A program made the position numbers and the translations under genes. The notes under the pieces are model-generated. The model did no database searches, was not told the origin of the DNA, and saw only the letters and a program-made list of their open reading frames with translations. Of a stretch of DNA of 64,000 nt, positions 44,149-58,865 are shown one piece after another. Position 1 is the first letter of the stretch; every line of letters starts with the position of its first letter. Source of the DNA: the human T2T-CHM13v2.0 reference genome, Homo sapiens; assembly GCF_009914755.1 (NCBI RefSeq), contig NC_060946.1. The stretch is one strand, 5' to 3'.

Positions 44149-47024
44149 AGAAATAAGATAATGTTTGGCACATAGTAGATGTTCAGAAAACGTTGACTCC
44201 TATTGCTCTTACTTTGTGCTTATTTTCTAAATCATAATTTACTAATTATGCCTGACAAAGAAACAAACTATTTGAAATCAGGGCTCATCTGCAGGATCTG
44301 TCCAGACATCAGCCACCTATGGTTCTGGCAGGAAAGAGGATGTGGAGTGGCATCCATCCCATGACACAGTGCTGAACCAATCTCCCTACCTCCTCCCCTT
44401 TCACCCAGCCTTAGGAAAATCCTGTGATGAGATTACAATCTTCCCAAGGACAGGAACCTTATCATGCTCAACTTTGTACCTGGCCCAGTGCCTGACAGGT
44501 ACCCAGCACTCCAAAGAATATTTTCGCAAGACCAGCCCAAGGCTGACTGGTACCTCCGCAGTTCGCTAGAATAGATCATGACCCTCATTTCAGACTTTGC
44601 AACTAGGCTGTGTGGTTATCACCCAGGACAGAGACGAATTCCTTGGGTCTTTGCTGCATCCTTGGTGAGGAATAACAAGGAACATCTGACAGAACATTTA
44701 CAGTCTGTGGTATAGAAGCCTACTAATATTAACTACATAACACATGCCATAGCCTCCTCATTACAGGATAGGCATTCAGTCGTTCCCAATATGCCCTTTT
44801 ATTTTGTTTTATTAAAATCTGACTTTTAAAAGGCCACCTCTGGGTGAATTTCTAAATAGGCATCTCAACAGGGTGGAACCAACCACCTAGAGGCAAGATT
44901 TTGGTAGCACGAATGGGCCACATCAGTCATCAGAATACTACCTTAATCAAGTTCAGCATTTACTGCATGTTAGACTTAACCAAGAATCATGCTTCCAGCA
45001 AACATTAAAATGGTGAATTTAATAAACCAGACCTTCTCCTTCTCACTAACATAATCCATTCCTTGCTCCCTGCCTCTGCCACTATCTTGCCAGCCTCCAC
45101 ACACTGTTTAGTAATTTGCCAACTGCACATAGAAACTGACCAGCTAAAAAGTTTCATTTGCAGCAGAGATACTTTCCTTTGGTATTTAGTTCTGCCGCCC
45201 ACCCTCCATACACACCTACCTCTTACCTTCTGAAGTTCACGAGGCTTTCAAAGCGCCCATTTCCACATGCATCTGTTATTTACCAAAGCAAATCAGAGTA
45301 CTTCACAGCCACAAATTGAAGAAACCATGTTGGGCTCCTCAAAATTCCCATTAATGGGCACCAAAAAGAAGTTCGTTAAAACAATGTAATATCCTTAATG
45401 CAACTAATGTGCTTCCTCCTGTTCTAACAAGCTCATGAATAATAGATGAAGGGAGCTTCATCTGTCTTAATTAATTTGGTCTTGAAATTAATTCAATTCA
45501 ATACAAAATTAGCAAGCAATTAAGTCTCATTGGCCCAAATGGACAAAAATATGCCAATACGTCACTGGCTAGAGAAGCAAACTAGAAATGGACAAGAACC
45601 ATAGTCCATTCTCCCAAACCAGAACTTCCAATAGGAGCATCACCAATCCCCATGAGGCCATAACTTGGTCCCTTCTCCAGATCTCATAATTAAATTTCTG
45701 CTTAATCACTAGGAATGTCAGCATTTATATGTTGGGAAATCCTTGAGGGAGGTTCCAAATGCATAGCAAGATTGCTTTTGTTTTTGTTCTACTTTGTTTC
45801 TGAAACTTGCAAATAATTTGAGAATTTGCTACGTATTAAGGCATAGAATCCAACAGCAATTATCAGCTGCAATACATGGGCACTTGCAATGAACACTTTG
45901 GTCTAAGAAATTATCACAGTTTGCTATGTACATGAGTTTAGCAAATTCTTGGTTCCATTATCTACTTGGCAATTACATATAGTGTTATAATAATAGTTTA
46001 TCTTAAAGTAGGGCACTTCTTCTTCAGATCTTGGCGTGCTTAATGAGCACTTTTTTCTTAACCCTCACAATGCCCTTTAGAATTGGTAAGATATAAATAT
46101 CATTAAAATTACTTTCAAAACAAAGATACTAGGGTTCCAAGACAGGGATGGACAATCACAGCATTCTAAGAGCTTCAAAAGACATTAACTCCAACCATCT
46201 ATCCTGTGCTTGAATTCTACTTGCCTTTCTTGAACACCTCCAGCAATGGGGAACTCATTTACACATGAAGCTACCCATTCCATCTCTAGAGAATATGATT
46301 GTTAAATTGATCTGGAATTTATCTTCAGTAGATAATGACTTTTTAAACACCAAACAAGTCTGATTCCTCCTACACATGGCATCTACTCTCCATGTTTAGC
46401 CACCTTCTTCACATCAACTTCTCCTTATGATATGGCTCTGAACCCTTCAATATTTTGATCATTCTCCTGGGAATCAACTTCAAGGGACAATGCAATGTAG
46501 TAGTGGGAAGCATCAGTTCGGAAGTCAGGCAAACCTGGAGTTGAGTTGTGGGAGTATAATTTCAAGGCTGTCTGTGAACGGGCTACATGCTTAGGCCTTT
46601 GAACCTCAACATCCTCATCTATAGAATATGGTTAAAATCTCCACTTTGTAAGATTATTGTGATGATTGATGGACCTAATATATAAAGAATATTTATTATA
46701 GAGTCCAGCACAATTGAGTTTTCGGTAAATGGTAACCAAATAATAATTTTAGCTAATTTCTACATAGCTCATACTAAGCACTTTATACATTAACTCATTG
46801 CCACTTCACAGCAAGCCATGACATTGTTGTTATTCCTATTTTATAGATGAGGCAACTGATGTACAGGGAAGTTAAGGAACTTGCCCAAGGTTGCACAGCC
46901 ACTAGGAAACAGAACTGGGACATGAACCTAGACAGTCTAGCTCCAGAGTCTGTATTTGGCAGCCATGTATCTTAAACTGTGGTCCCTAAAATAGAATGCT
47001 TTTCAGGTGTTGTCAGATCTAAGC

Positions 47025-47397
47025 TGATATGGTTTGGCTGTGTCCCCACACAAATCTCATCTTGAATTGTAGTTCCCATAATCCTCACGTGTAATAACAG
47101 GGACCCGGTGGAGGTAATTGGATCATGGGGGTGGTTACTCACATGCTGCTGTTCTCACGATAGTGAGTTCTCACAAGATCTGATAGCTTTATAAGGGGCG
47201 TTTCCCCCTTTTGCTCAGCATTTCTCCTTGCTGCCACTATGTGAAGAAGGATGTGTCTGCTTCCCCTTCCATCATGATTGTAAGTTTCCTGAGACCTCCC
47301 CAGCCCTGTGGAACTCTGAGTCAATTAAACCTCTTTCCTTTATAAATTACCCAGTCTCAGGTAGGTCTTTATTAGCAGGGGGAGAACAAACTAATAG
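47025..47397 (+). mobile_element. THE1 (C-like) solo LTR
   Basis: tgatatggtttggctgtgtcccc...gagtcaattaaacctctttcctttataaattacccagtctc...ctaata. Confidence 0.92.
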
Positions 47398-48197
47398 GCA
47401 AACTGAAGAGCAGATCAGGACCCTGGCCTTCTCCCAATGGTGAGCAAAATTATCCTAGTTTTCCTCATGTGGGCTTTCATCTATTTAGGTGCTCCTCCCT
47501 CTGTGATGTTTTCACTGTGATGGGTTGCTGAGCGTTGACTCCCCAATCCTTTGTTTATTCAGCTGCTTTGTAAATCCAAGCATAAAACTTAACAATTAGC
47601 CTTTTTAAATGCCTTCTTGTTAAATTTGATGAGAATTCTAAGCTGCTGACATCTTCTGGGATCTTGACTGTCTCACTCAACACATTTTCTTCACTCCCAA
47701 ATCCGGGTCTTTCACACATTTGATGAAAGTGCCTCCCCTATCCTCATCCCAGGCACTGATGAAAATACTGGGTCAGACAGGGCACCATGACATTAGAGTC
47801 CTCTCTCCAAGACGGAATTGATCTATTAGTCAGCACCCTCTGGGTAGGGCTTAGTCCTGTACAAAAATAGAACATGAGTCACCTTCCCTTTAAGATCGTG
47901 GCTTAAATGGGAAGGAAAGTAAATTGGTAATCTCCAAGAACATTTCCAAGTCTAACACTTCAGAAAAATACTAGTGTGTACTAGGTTCTCCATGGTCTGG
48001 ACTTTGTGTCCCTCAGAAGTCGTAAATCCCACCATTCTCAGTTCACATGTAACTCGCCAGCCAGCCACAAAACTTACACAGTCCCTTAATCACAATCTCT
48101 GCTCCTTCCCACCACCATGATTGTGTCCCTGCTGCTGCTTCTGCCCTCATCTGTCTAGTTGATGACATTCTAGTTATTCTTCAAAACCAGCTCAGAT

Positions 48198-48758
48198 CAA
48201 CAAATGGTTCTGGAACAACTGACCATCCATATGCAAAAGGAGAACTTTGATCCATACCTTACACCATATGAAAAGATGAAATCAGAATGAATCACAACCC
48301 TAAATGTGAAATATATAAATTCTAGAAGAAAATATAGACAAAACATCTTTGTGACCTTGGGTTAAGGAAAGCTTTCTTAGCTACAACACCAAAAGCATGA
48401 TCCATTTTAAAAATTGATCAATTAAACTTTATCAAAATTAGTAATATTTATTTTCAAAAGACACTCTTAGGAGAATGAAAAGACAAGCTACAGACTGGGA
48501 GAATATATTTTAAACTGACATAACACCATGATGGGCAAATCCACGGAGAACAAAAGTAAATTAGTGGCTGCCAGAGGTTAAGGGGAAGGGAGAATGGGGA
48601 GTAACTTTTAGCAAACATGGAGTTTTTTGCTGGGGGATGATGAAAATGTTCTGGAATTTGTGGTGATGGCTGCACACATTCTGAAATGCTAAAACCAATT
48701 AATAGTACATTTTTAAATAGTAAAGTTTATGTTGTATGAATTATATCTCAATTTTTAA
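48198..48758 (+). mobile_element. Old L1M fragments (ORF2 piece joined to a 3' UTR piece) within L2 debris
   Basis: caacaaatggttctggaacaactg...gactgggagaatatattt, then agtggctgccagagg...gtatgaattatatctcaat. Confidence 0.75.
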
Positions 48759-50233
48759 GGAGACTTAGATCATCTTCTGCTGTTTAAACTTATCAATGGC
48801 TTCCTGTGGCACTCATACAAAAATCTAATCTCCTTACCTTACAAGGCTCTATTTTTTTTTCCAAAAAAAGGACAGATAAACTCTTGAGTCCCACTCTCAA
48901 GCCAGTTTCTCTCATATTCATTAAATATATATATGTTCCTCTATGTATTATGCATTGTTCTAGGCACTTGGGATTGAATAAAACAGATGAAGAACTCAGC
49001 CCCTGTAAGTTTACATTCTAATAGAGAGAACATACATTCTCAGGAAATGGCAAACACTGGACTCATACATGACTGGTCTCTTTCTCTCAGACCCCATCAG
49101 TATGCCTTGTCAATTTAACCTTCAAAATATATCCGGAATTTAATCACTGCTTACCAGCTTCACTGCAATGGCCTTGGTCTAAGCCACCATCTTTCTCTCC
49201 TGGATTATCACAGGACCTTTCTAAATGCTCACTCCGCTTCTATCTTCCCAGCTTTCAGAGTTTTCTACAAATATCACCCACAATTATCCTTTTAAAGCAT
49301 AAGTTAGATCATGTTGCATCTCTTCCCACAACCCCCCCAATGGCTCCCTTTCTCACTCAAAGAGAAAGAACCTTATCATAATGCCTGTTGAGGCCCAGTC
49401 TGATCCCTAGCTCCCTTCCACAACCTCTCCCCACCTCACTCCCTCTGCTTCACCTGTGCTGGACTTCTTGCTGTGTATCAAGTAGACCAGGCAAGGATTC
49501 TGCCTCAAGACATTTGCACTTGATGCCCCTGTGCCTGAAATTCTTTTCTCCTGGATATCCACACGATTTGCAACTTCCTTTCTTTCAGGTCTTTGTCCAA
49601 ATGTTACTTTATCACTGTGACCTCCCCTGGCCATTCTATATAAACTGGGAATTTATCTGCCCAATCTCTCAGGGGTTCTCTCTATCCTCTGACAGATTGT
49701 GTTTTTCTCCACAGTATTTGTCTCTACCTGACAAAATATTGATTGGTTAATTGATGCTCTTGGAGGGCAGATATCTGTCTGTTTTTCATAGCTATATTCC
49801 TGGTGCCTAAAATAGTCCTAGCATATGACAGCATTTTACAAATACATGTTAAATAAATGAATGAATTGTTTTGGGATGACAGGATATTTCTTTCTGCCTC
49901 TAGGGACTCACAGACACCAGAGCTGGGTTACAGGTATTCAAGTAACCCAGCGTGTACCACCATCAAAATAACACCTGCCATTTATTGAGGTGTTCCTTCA
50001 CTGGCCTTCATTCATCATGTCTTGCATAAAAATACCAAAGAAGCTCAGAAAATCAAAGGCAGAGTCAAAGGGTCTCAGAGGCTGGAACTGGGTGGCTGTT
50101 TAAATTCCAACTCTGGTACTCGCCAGTTCTGTTGCCTCAAGTGAGCCCCTGAGTCACAGTTTCCTCATCCATAAAGCAGGTATAATATGTGCACATTTTG
50201 GAGTTGTTATGAAGATTGGAGATAATGCTTTCT

Positions 50234-50543
50234 TTTTTGTTTTTTGTTTTGTTTTGTTTTTTGAGACAAAACCTTGCTTTGTCACTCAGACTGGAGTGCA
50301 GTGGTGAAAGCTCGGCTCACTGCAACCTCCGCCTCCTGTGTTCCAGCGATTCTCATGCCTCAGCCTCTGGAGTAGCTGGAATTACAGGCGCCCGCCACCA
50401 CGCCCAGCTAATTTTTGTATTTTTAGTAGAGATGGGTCTTGCCATGTTGGTCAGACTGGTGTGGACCTCCTGACCTCAAGTGATCTGCCCACTTTGGCCT
50501 CCCAAAGTGCTCGGATTACAGGTGTGAGCCACCACGCCCGGCC
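50234..50543 (-). mobile_element. AluS (Sx/Sz-like)
   Basis: Alu reverse text with gacctcaagtgatctgccc; TSD tggagat(a/g)atgctttct on both sides. Confidence 0.94.
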
Positions 50544-53500
50544 TGGAGATGATGCTTTCTGAGCACTAAGCACAGTGCTTAGTATCATGGCAGCCATGAT
50601 TAAGAGGAGCTCAATGAGGAGGTGACTGTGGAGAGTGCACATCAGGTTGATGGAATCACCAGGATGGAGCATCCTCCACAGCATAAACCTAGTAACAGGA
50701 ATGGCAAGTTGCAGATGCAGCAGGGAGACCCAGACAGGACCCAAGATGGAGACAGGGCTTAAAAGATTTGGTATCTGTTCCAGGCACTCAGCTCCTGTGT
50801 GCAGAAGTAAGAGGGCCCAGAATGAGGCTAAATATAATACATTTAAGATCCAAGGACCTACTATACAGCCAGAAACAGATGATGTCTAACACATGTGAAT
50901 GAATGTATTGGCATTTGGAAGACAAACTCAGACACCAGATTCCTATCAATATACATTTATAGACACATAGATATAGACATAGAAATAGGTATAAATATAG
51001 ATAGGTATGTTGTCTTTCATTCTTCTGTGGAAAGTGTATAGCCAAAAACAAAAAGGACCTTTTCACCAGGACTTCCAAAATGGTCTTTCTTGGAGTGAAA
51101 TGACTGAAAATCCAGCCCAGGTTTTCATCAAGCCTTCCAGCCCTAGGAAGTAGAATCAGTGAGGTGGTGGCTTCCAGGGAGAATGGATGTTTTCAATAAA
51201 GGGGCAAGCTCTTTCCTTTTGTGGGAAGTTAAAATATATTCATTATCAGCTTTGAAGTTCACACAGAGTCAGCAAAGATAGTATTTATAAGCAAGGAAAG
51301 TTTATCAGAGACTAGAAACTCTGCTTTTCCTAATGATTGAGTAGCAAACAATGGTATGAGTTTATCTGTAGGGCTTCACAAAGAAAGTTGAACTCCACTT
51401 CTCTATTTCCATTTCTAGAGAAAGCCTGGCATTATTGTCCTTCCATGGGGGAGATTTTTCCTAAGTAAAATATTTCCTAAGTAAAAGCTCTACTTCTTGT
51501 TACAGGCCCACAATAAAATAATAATAATAAAGAAATACTTTTCCTCTTTCCAGTGTCCTCCCCCCATTCACTATCAACCACTCCCTACCATAAGTACACA
51601 CACATACCCTCCAGAATGCCTAAAATTTCATCATTAGGAATTCAGCTTTTTGTGCCAGGCTTGTTTTTCTTCCAGCTATCACCATATAAAATGCAAATAA
51701 TCTAGAAGTGGAAATAATACTGGAGTTTACATTTAGTTAGCAACTTGGTGTTTACAAAATGCTTTCACTTTCATTATGTCTTTGAAGTTGAACATAGTCT
51801 TGAGCTCAGCATACCCAGAACCAGCAAATGACAAAGATTCAATGTTCAGGGAATATCTCTTGAGTGCATAATTGAAATGAATGAATGAACTGACACTATG
51901 ACATTTGTAAAATGAGAATTACTGTCTCCATTGAAACAAAAAGTCAAAAAGGTAAGTGAATTGCCCACAGTCACAAACAAGTAAGTGGTAAACCTGCAGT
52001 TTGAACATCTGGTTGCAAAACTAGGGAAGCGAAAGCTACCATCTTTCCTTTGGACAAAAGTGTCTGAAGCCACGTGAGAGTTAGCTGAGTACAGCAGGAT
52101 TGGAATGGAATAGGACATTGGGTGAGGAGAGGTGGGCAATGCTGAGCTTGGAGCTGAAAGACCTGGGCTAATCATGCAATCTTGAACTTAACCCTTCCCT
52201 TAGCTTTGTTTTCCTAATTTGCAAACTGGAGATAATAAGATATTAATGTGCAAGGTTGTAATGAAGATCTAAATAAATACCAACTACAAGAGGACTTTGC
52301 AAACCTGTAAAGAGCATGCAGATGCTAATAAATACAGAGTTAGGAGGCGATCAAACCCTGAGCAGCCCGTAACTTAGCTTAGTTACTTACCTTTAACTCA
52401 CTAAAAATAAATCTTAATAGATCTCTATAGAAGTAAAAGAGAACCACTTTTCCTCTTTTTATATTCCTACTTCCCAACCCCACTCTCCTTTCATAAGACG
52501 GACGACTCTTGCGTGTATTTGTATGTCTGGTTTGGGGTGATTCTTTCTGACACCGTTTTATCCACTATTTTGCTTTCTTGCAACTCAATGTGTTCCTTGC
52601 AACTTTTTCAGTTTATTACTTCAAACTTAATTTTTACTGAAAATTAATTAGAAAAAGCAAATATTACAAAATAAGCTACATGAATGAGAAAGCAATTCAT
52701 GTTTACTACAAACAGATAATTACAAAAGACCTGATGACTGCATACCTCAGACCACACCATGGCCTGGTCATTGGACTCTGTTCCAGGACTAGCCCTGTTC
52801 TTGGGTTTATGATAAGACATCCACTTCTAGCCTATGCCACTGAACCCTCCTGCCTCCCAGAAATTCTTATTTCTAGGGCAAAAGACCTTGCACAGCTTCT
52901 TTTGTTTAGAGCTAGCAGAGAAATTTAATTTATATTTTCCTAAGACATCAAGATTTGCCTCCAGTGCCTCACATTGCCCTGTGGAAGCCCCAGTGACCTT
53001 TCTTCCCCAGAAAGCCCAGTGCTGGCCGTCCCCTTTGCCCAGCTCTCTAGACTGCAGACATATCAATTCAGTTAGACTCAGAGAACTCTGACTCTCAGGA
53101 ACTTGAAGAGGCAGCTCCTTCAGGTGACTAGGAAGCTTGCGTACAGAGACAGGGTGGCTTGGCCAAAGTCACACACATAGAATCATACCACCTGTGTGAG
53201 GTGAAAGACCATCTAATCCCATCAGCATCCTCTCCATGAGTGTCCTGAGTCTGCAGGATTCCTGACAAGCATCACTCATCCATCCAGCCTCTCCTTGAAC
53301 ACCTCCAGCAGTGAAGAAATGAAGAACTTAGCACCTCCCAAAGCAACCCATTTTATGTTTGTTTATCTCTGACTCCTGGGAAGTTATTATACTAAGCTGC
53401 GAGAGCTGCAATCTCTCTCTCTGTCTCTCTTTCCATCTCTTTCTCTTCCTCCTTCTCTCTCTCTTTCCCTCCCTTTGTCTCTCCTTTCATCCCATCCCTC

Positions 53501-54146
53501 CCTCTCCCCCAGTTTTACTTATTTACTCTGGCCCTCCCTGTTGAGGCCATACAGGATTGGTCATCTCCAACAGTAGAGCTAGAATTAAAACCAGATCTCC
53601 TGACCTGCATTTCCTATTCATCCCACCACACTGTATAACCTCCCTCACCCTACAATACACACATGACAAGGAAAGGTAAAGGATTTCCAACAATATCTTT
53701 AGCAGCATATTATTTCCCTATTTGTATTATGAATATAATATTTAATCCACCACTCATTCATTCATTGGATTTATTGAATATTTTCTTTGTACCAGGCGTG
53801 GAGCACCAAGCATTAAAGAACATAAGGCCCTTGAGATCAAGAAGGTGGAAAACTCTAACTAAAATGCAGTGTAATAAGGGCTACACTAAGGATCCCTGCA
53901 AAGTGCTATGTGAGCACAGAGGAGAATGTTGCTAATTGGCTGAGACTAATTTCATCAAAAATGTCTTATTTATTCTTATATCTCCAATGCTTGTCCTGTA
54001 GTAGACACCTCAACAAATATTTGAATGAATAAATGAAGTGACACTTTACCAAGCTTTGGATTATAAGGAATTGTTCTCAACTTAGAGAAGAGAGGAATAG
54101 CTTGTACATTCTTTGTGATGCTAGGAAAGGAATTCATTTAGGACAT

Positions 54147-54942
54147 ATATTAATGTGCTAGAGCTGTGTATTAGTCTGTTCTCATGCTGCTAATAAAAAC
54201 ATATCTGAGACAGGGTAATTTATAAAGGAAAGAGGTTTAATGGAATCACAGTTCTACATGGCTGAGGAGGGCTCACAATCATGGCAGAAGGTGAAGGAGG
54301 AACAAAGTCACGTCTCACATGGTGGCAGGCAAAGGGAGCATGTACAGGGAAACTCCCATTTATAAAACCATCAGATCTCATGAGATGTGTTCGCTATCAT
54401 GAGAACAGCATGGGAAAGACCTTTCTCCATGCTTCAATTACCTCCCACCGGATCCCTCTCATAACATGTGGGAATTATGGGAGCTACAATTCAAGATGAG
54501 ATTTGCATGGGGACACAGCCAAACTATATCAGGCTACCATAACAGTGTACCACAACTGGGTAGCTTAAAACAACAAAAATTTATTTGCTCACAATTTGAG
54601 AGGCTGGAAGTCCAAAATCAAGGCGTCAGCATGGTTGGTTCCTTCTGGAGGCTCTTGTGGTCATCTGTGCCATGCCTCTTCCAGCTTCTGGTGGTTGCTG
54701 GTGGTCTTTGGTGCCCCTCAGTTTGTAGGCGTGTCACTCCAATCTCTGCCTCCAGCTTCACATGGTGTTCTCCTTCTGTGTGTGTACAAATTTCCCTCTT
54801 CTTATAAGGACACCAGTCATTAAATTAGGCCTAATACTCCAGTATGGCCCCATCTTAATTTGATTACATCTGTAAAGCCCTGTTTTCAAATAAGGCACAT
54901 TCATGGGTACCAGGCATTAGGACTGACACAGTTCAACCACAA
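54147..54942 (-). mobile_element. MLT1 (C/D-like) LTR interrupted near its end by a THE1 LTR
   Basis: tatattaatgtgctagagctg | THE1 | gctaccataacagtgtaccacaactgggtagcttaaaacaac...cttataaggacaccagtcatt...cagttcaaccacaa. Confidence 0.8.
54167..54531 (-). mobile_element. THE1 (B/C-like) solo LTR
   Basis: tgtattagtctgttctcatgctgctaataaa...ggggacacagccaaactatatca. Confidence 0.92.
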
Positions 54943-56080
54943 TAATATATTGAATAAGATGGGAGATATAGTCACTTGATATATACTTAGTGCCAATTAT
55001 GAGATGAGCACTGTTCTAGATCCAGAGAGCATGAACAAAACAGACAAGGAACTGCCTTCATGCAGCTTATGTTCTAGCTGTGGGGAGATAATTAACTTGA
55101 TAATTAACTAACAAGAAAACATGAGAGAGTGCAAAGGACAAACATTGAGTGAGGTGATAAGTAGTGGCTACTTTAGATTGGGCAGTCAGGGAAGACTACT
55201 CTGGGGAGTGACATTTAAGGTGAGCTCTGAATGAGCAGCAGGATTCAGGCAGAGGGTGAGTCTCTACTTTAGGGAGTGGCTGTGGGATACCGTAGGGGCA
55301 GAGAGAAGACCAGTGTCAGAAGGTTGCTCCCCCCAGTGCATCCACTGCAGTTTCCTCTTGTTACCAAATGGTCACTCTTTTCCATAGTCTCTCTTCCAAA
55401 TTTACAGGGAGCTGGTCAGATTGGCTCAGCTGATTAGAACTGCACCTACTTGGCTGAGCCTGCCAGGCCACCTCTGGGGGTGCAGGGGGGCTCTAGGAAG
55501 GGCTATACCTGATCCACCCAATGGTCATCTCTGTACTAGTCCAGTGCCTTCAGACCAGGGAGTGAGGCAAGACCAGTTTCAGTTAAAGACAGACAAGGGC
55601 ACATTCAGGAACTTGGCCCACTGTACAATGCACAGACAGAGAGCACAAAAAGAAATGTGTCCCCTGTGAGAATCATTACAGCCTTTGGAGGCTGTGGCTG
55701 TGAACAACGAACAGCAATTCTGAGTTCAGCAAAAATGAATTTATTGGCATGGTATGGGACAGTTCAAGGAATCAAATGGAAAGCTGGGGAAACAGCTCTT
55801 AAAAAGAATGGGAACCAATACAGCTGGGGATCTGGGAGGCAGGAACAAGTGAACAGTCTATTTGGGCAATTGTTGTTGGAATGAATGGATGCCACCAAGT
55901 TTTCCTTGTAGTAAAATTTAAATTACAGGGAGAAAGTATGCGAATGGCCAAGCTTGAGTCTCATGCCCACCCCTTGGCTGTTGGCGGGGCACCCTGATTA
56001 TACACCAAGACTAGATCAAATGGGCAAGAGAACATCTCCCACAGAAAAATCTGGATGCTCCTTCTGGATGGCCAAAACAT

Positions 56081-56125
56081 CATGTTTATCAGGATAAACA
56101 CCTGATAAACATGGTGTTTATCAGG
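56081..56125. repeat. Compound short inverted repeat (four copies of TGTTTATC/GATAAACA)
   Basis: catgtttatcagg-ataaaca-cctgataaacatg-gtgtttatcagg: a perfect 13-bp IR (56081-56093/56101-56113) overlapping a perfect 11-bp IR (56101-56111/56115-56125). Confidence 0.92.
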
Positions 56126-57392
56126 CCGGCAAAAGCCACAGTTGTCCTCCACAATTATCAGCACATGCATTTCACCAGACTAGGTCTCTGGTCTAGGTAG
56201 AAGAGCCCATGAAGCTCTGTGGAAGTTTCTTGACTTATTAATTAGTGCCATGACTTTCTGCCTATTTATTTAAAAATGTTTAGATGTCCAGTAGTCATGC
56301 AGTCCATTTTTCTCCACAAAGGTTTATGCCAAGGTGCTGGCACGCCTCCTTCCAGTCAGACAATCTGATAAGCAAACACATTCGCATTTAAAAGGCAGGT
56401 CTGTGAATGGTCTTTTTTCCCCAAGAAGTAATTCATATTAGACGCCTGGTGAAGGCTGGGGAAAATATAACATGCCCTGGTGCTGAATAAGTTGGAACTT
56501 CAATGCTGTCAGCAGGTTCTGGATGTGAGCTGATCTCAGATAAAACAGCTCCTTACAGGCAGAGGCACTGGGTCCCAGTAATGCCTGGAAAAATGGAGCC
56601 ACCCGAAGTGGACTCTCCTGCTTCTCAGGGAAATATCAAAATAGCTCAAATGATGACCCCTCCTTGGGAAAATTCTCACAGTGGAAGAGACAGGTTTCTA
56701 TGTGCAAATAAAATAACTCTATCCAGGCAGTTTGCCAGGGCAGGGTCCCAGCCAGAGTGAGGGTACTCCCCTTGTCTGATGAGGATGGAGGGAAGGGGGG
56801 GCTTAGTCTCTTTTTCTCCATTCATCTTGGGATGTTATCCCACTTCAGCAGATGGGGAAGGAGACTTGAGGACTGCTTCATTCAGTGTGCACAGCCTTGG
56901 ACCACAAGAAAAACCCTCATGGACACTCAGGTCAGGGAAACTACATTTTCAGGAATAAGAAGTGTCTGCCTTCCACTCAGAAATCTCACAAAAGTCATGA
57001 GAACACTGGTTCAGAGTCCACAGAACTAGATGGGGTTCCTGGCTCTGCTATGTACCAGCTGGTAACCTCTGTTTCTTTAGCCCTAAAATAAAAATAACAA
57101 TCGACCCTACCACATAGGGTTATAAGGAGAAAGAAATTAGTCTATGAAATCAAAGTTCTTGACACAGTGCCCGATGTATAGTTAGTGTTGAATAAATGGT
57201 AGGTATCATTGATCATTATCACCAAAGGGGGACAAGCCAATTTTCATCTCCTCTCGAACCCTGAGCTTTTATTTACTGAACCAAATCCATCTCTCCTACA
57301 GAAGAAGAAATAGAAGGGGCTTGATTGATTTCCACAAATAGGTACAAAAAAACAGTGTCCTGCACTGGAAATAATTTTTGCTAGTAACACCC

Positions 57393-58285
<893 letters not shown>

Positions 58286-58776
58286 CACCCCTTCCACAGT
58301 TTTACTAGCCATGCCCACCAACCCCCATCAAAGTGGTTTCTGCATTTCTATGTAGATCTTGACCAAGAAGCTTAAGAAGGCTGAGATTCATCCAGCTGAA
58401 GCCCATCCATGAAGATCACCTTCTTTCTTAACCCAGTCCCTAACTGACCTCTTACTATGTATGCATCAAATAGATTATCTGAGAGGCAGCTTGGCAGTCA
58501 TAGAAAATGCAGACTTTGGGCAAGACATCCCTGGTGAAAATTCCTTGCTAGCTATGGGACCTTAATCAAATGATTCACCTCTCAGGCTTGCATTTGACTT
58601 TCAGAGGCATTTTGGGTTTTAGAAACAGTGCATGTGGTTGGGAGTATATAGGGTGTTTCTTTCCCACACCAGGTGTCTCCTGCAAGTAGAAGAAACTTCC
58701 TGGCCCCTCTCCTCCCCTTGTTTGTCTTTCCTAGGGAAGAAGAGCGTGTTTTATCTGATGGTGCATTAAAACATAA

Positions 58777-58865
58777 GTGTGTGTGTGTGTGTGTAGATGA
58801 TAGAGATGGATGATAGAAAGATAAATAATATAGAGATGAGAGAGAGAGAGCGAGAGAGAGAGCAA
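58777..58865. repeat. (TG)n / (GATA)-like / (AG)n compound microsatellite
   Basis: Directly visible. Confidence 0.85.

Noticed and set aside
46190-53350. Similar ttgaacacctccagca segments at ~46231 and ~53296
   Set aside because: Best explained as independent ancient CR1/L3 3'-end fragments, not a local duplication.
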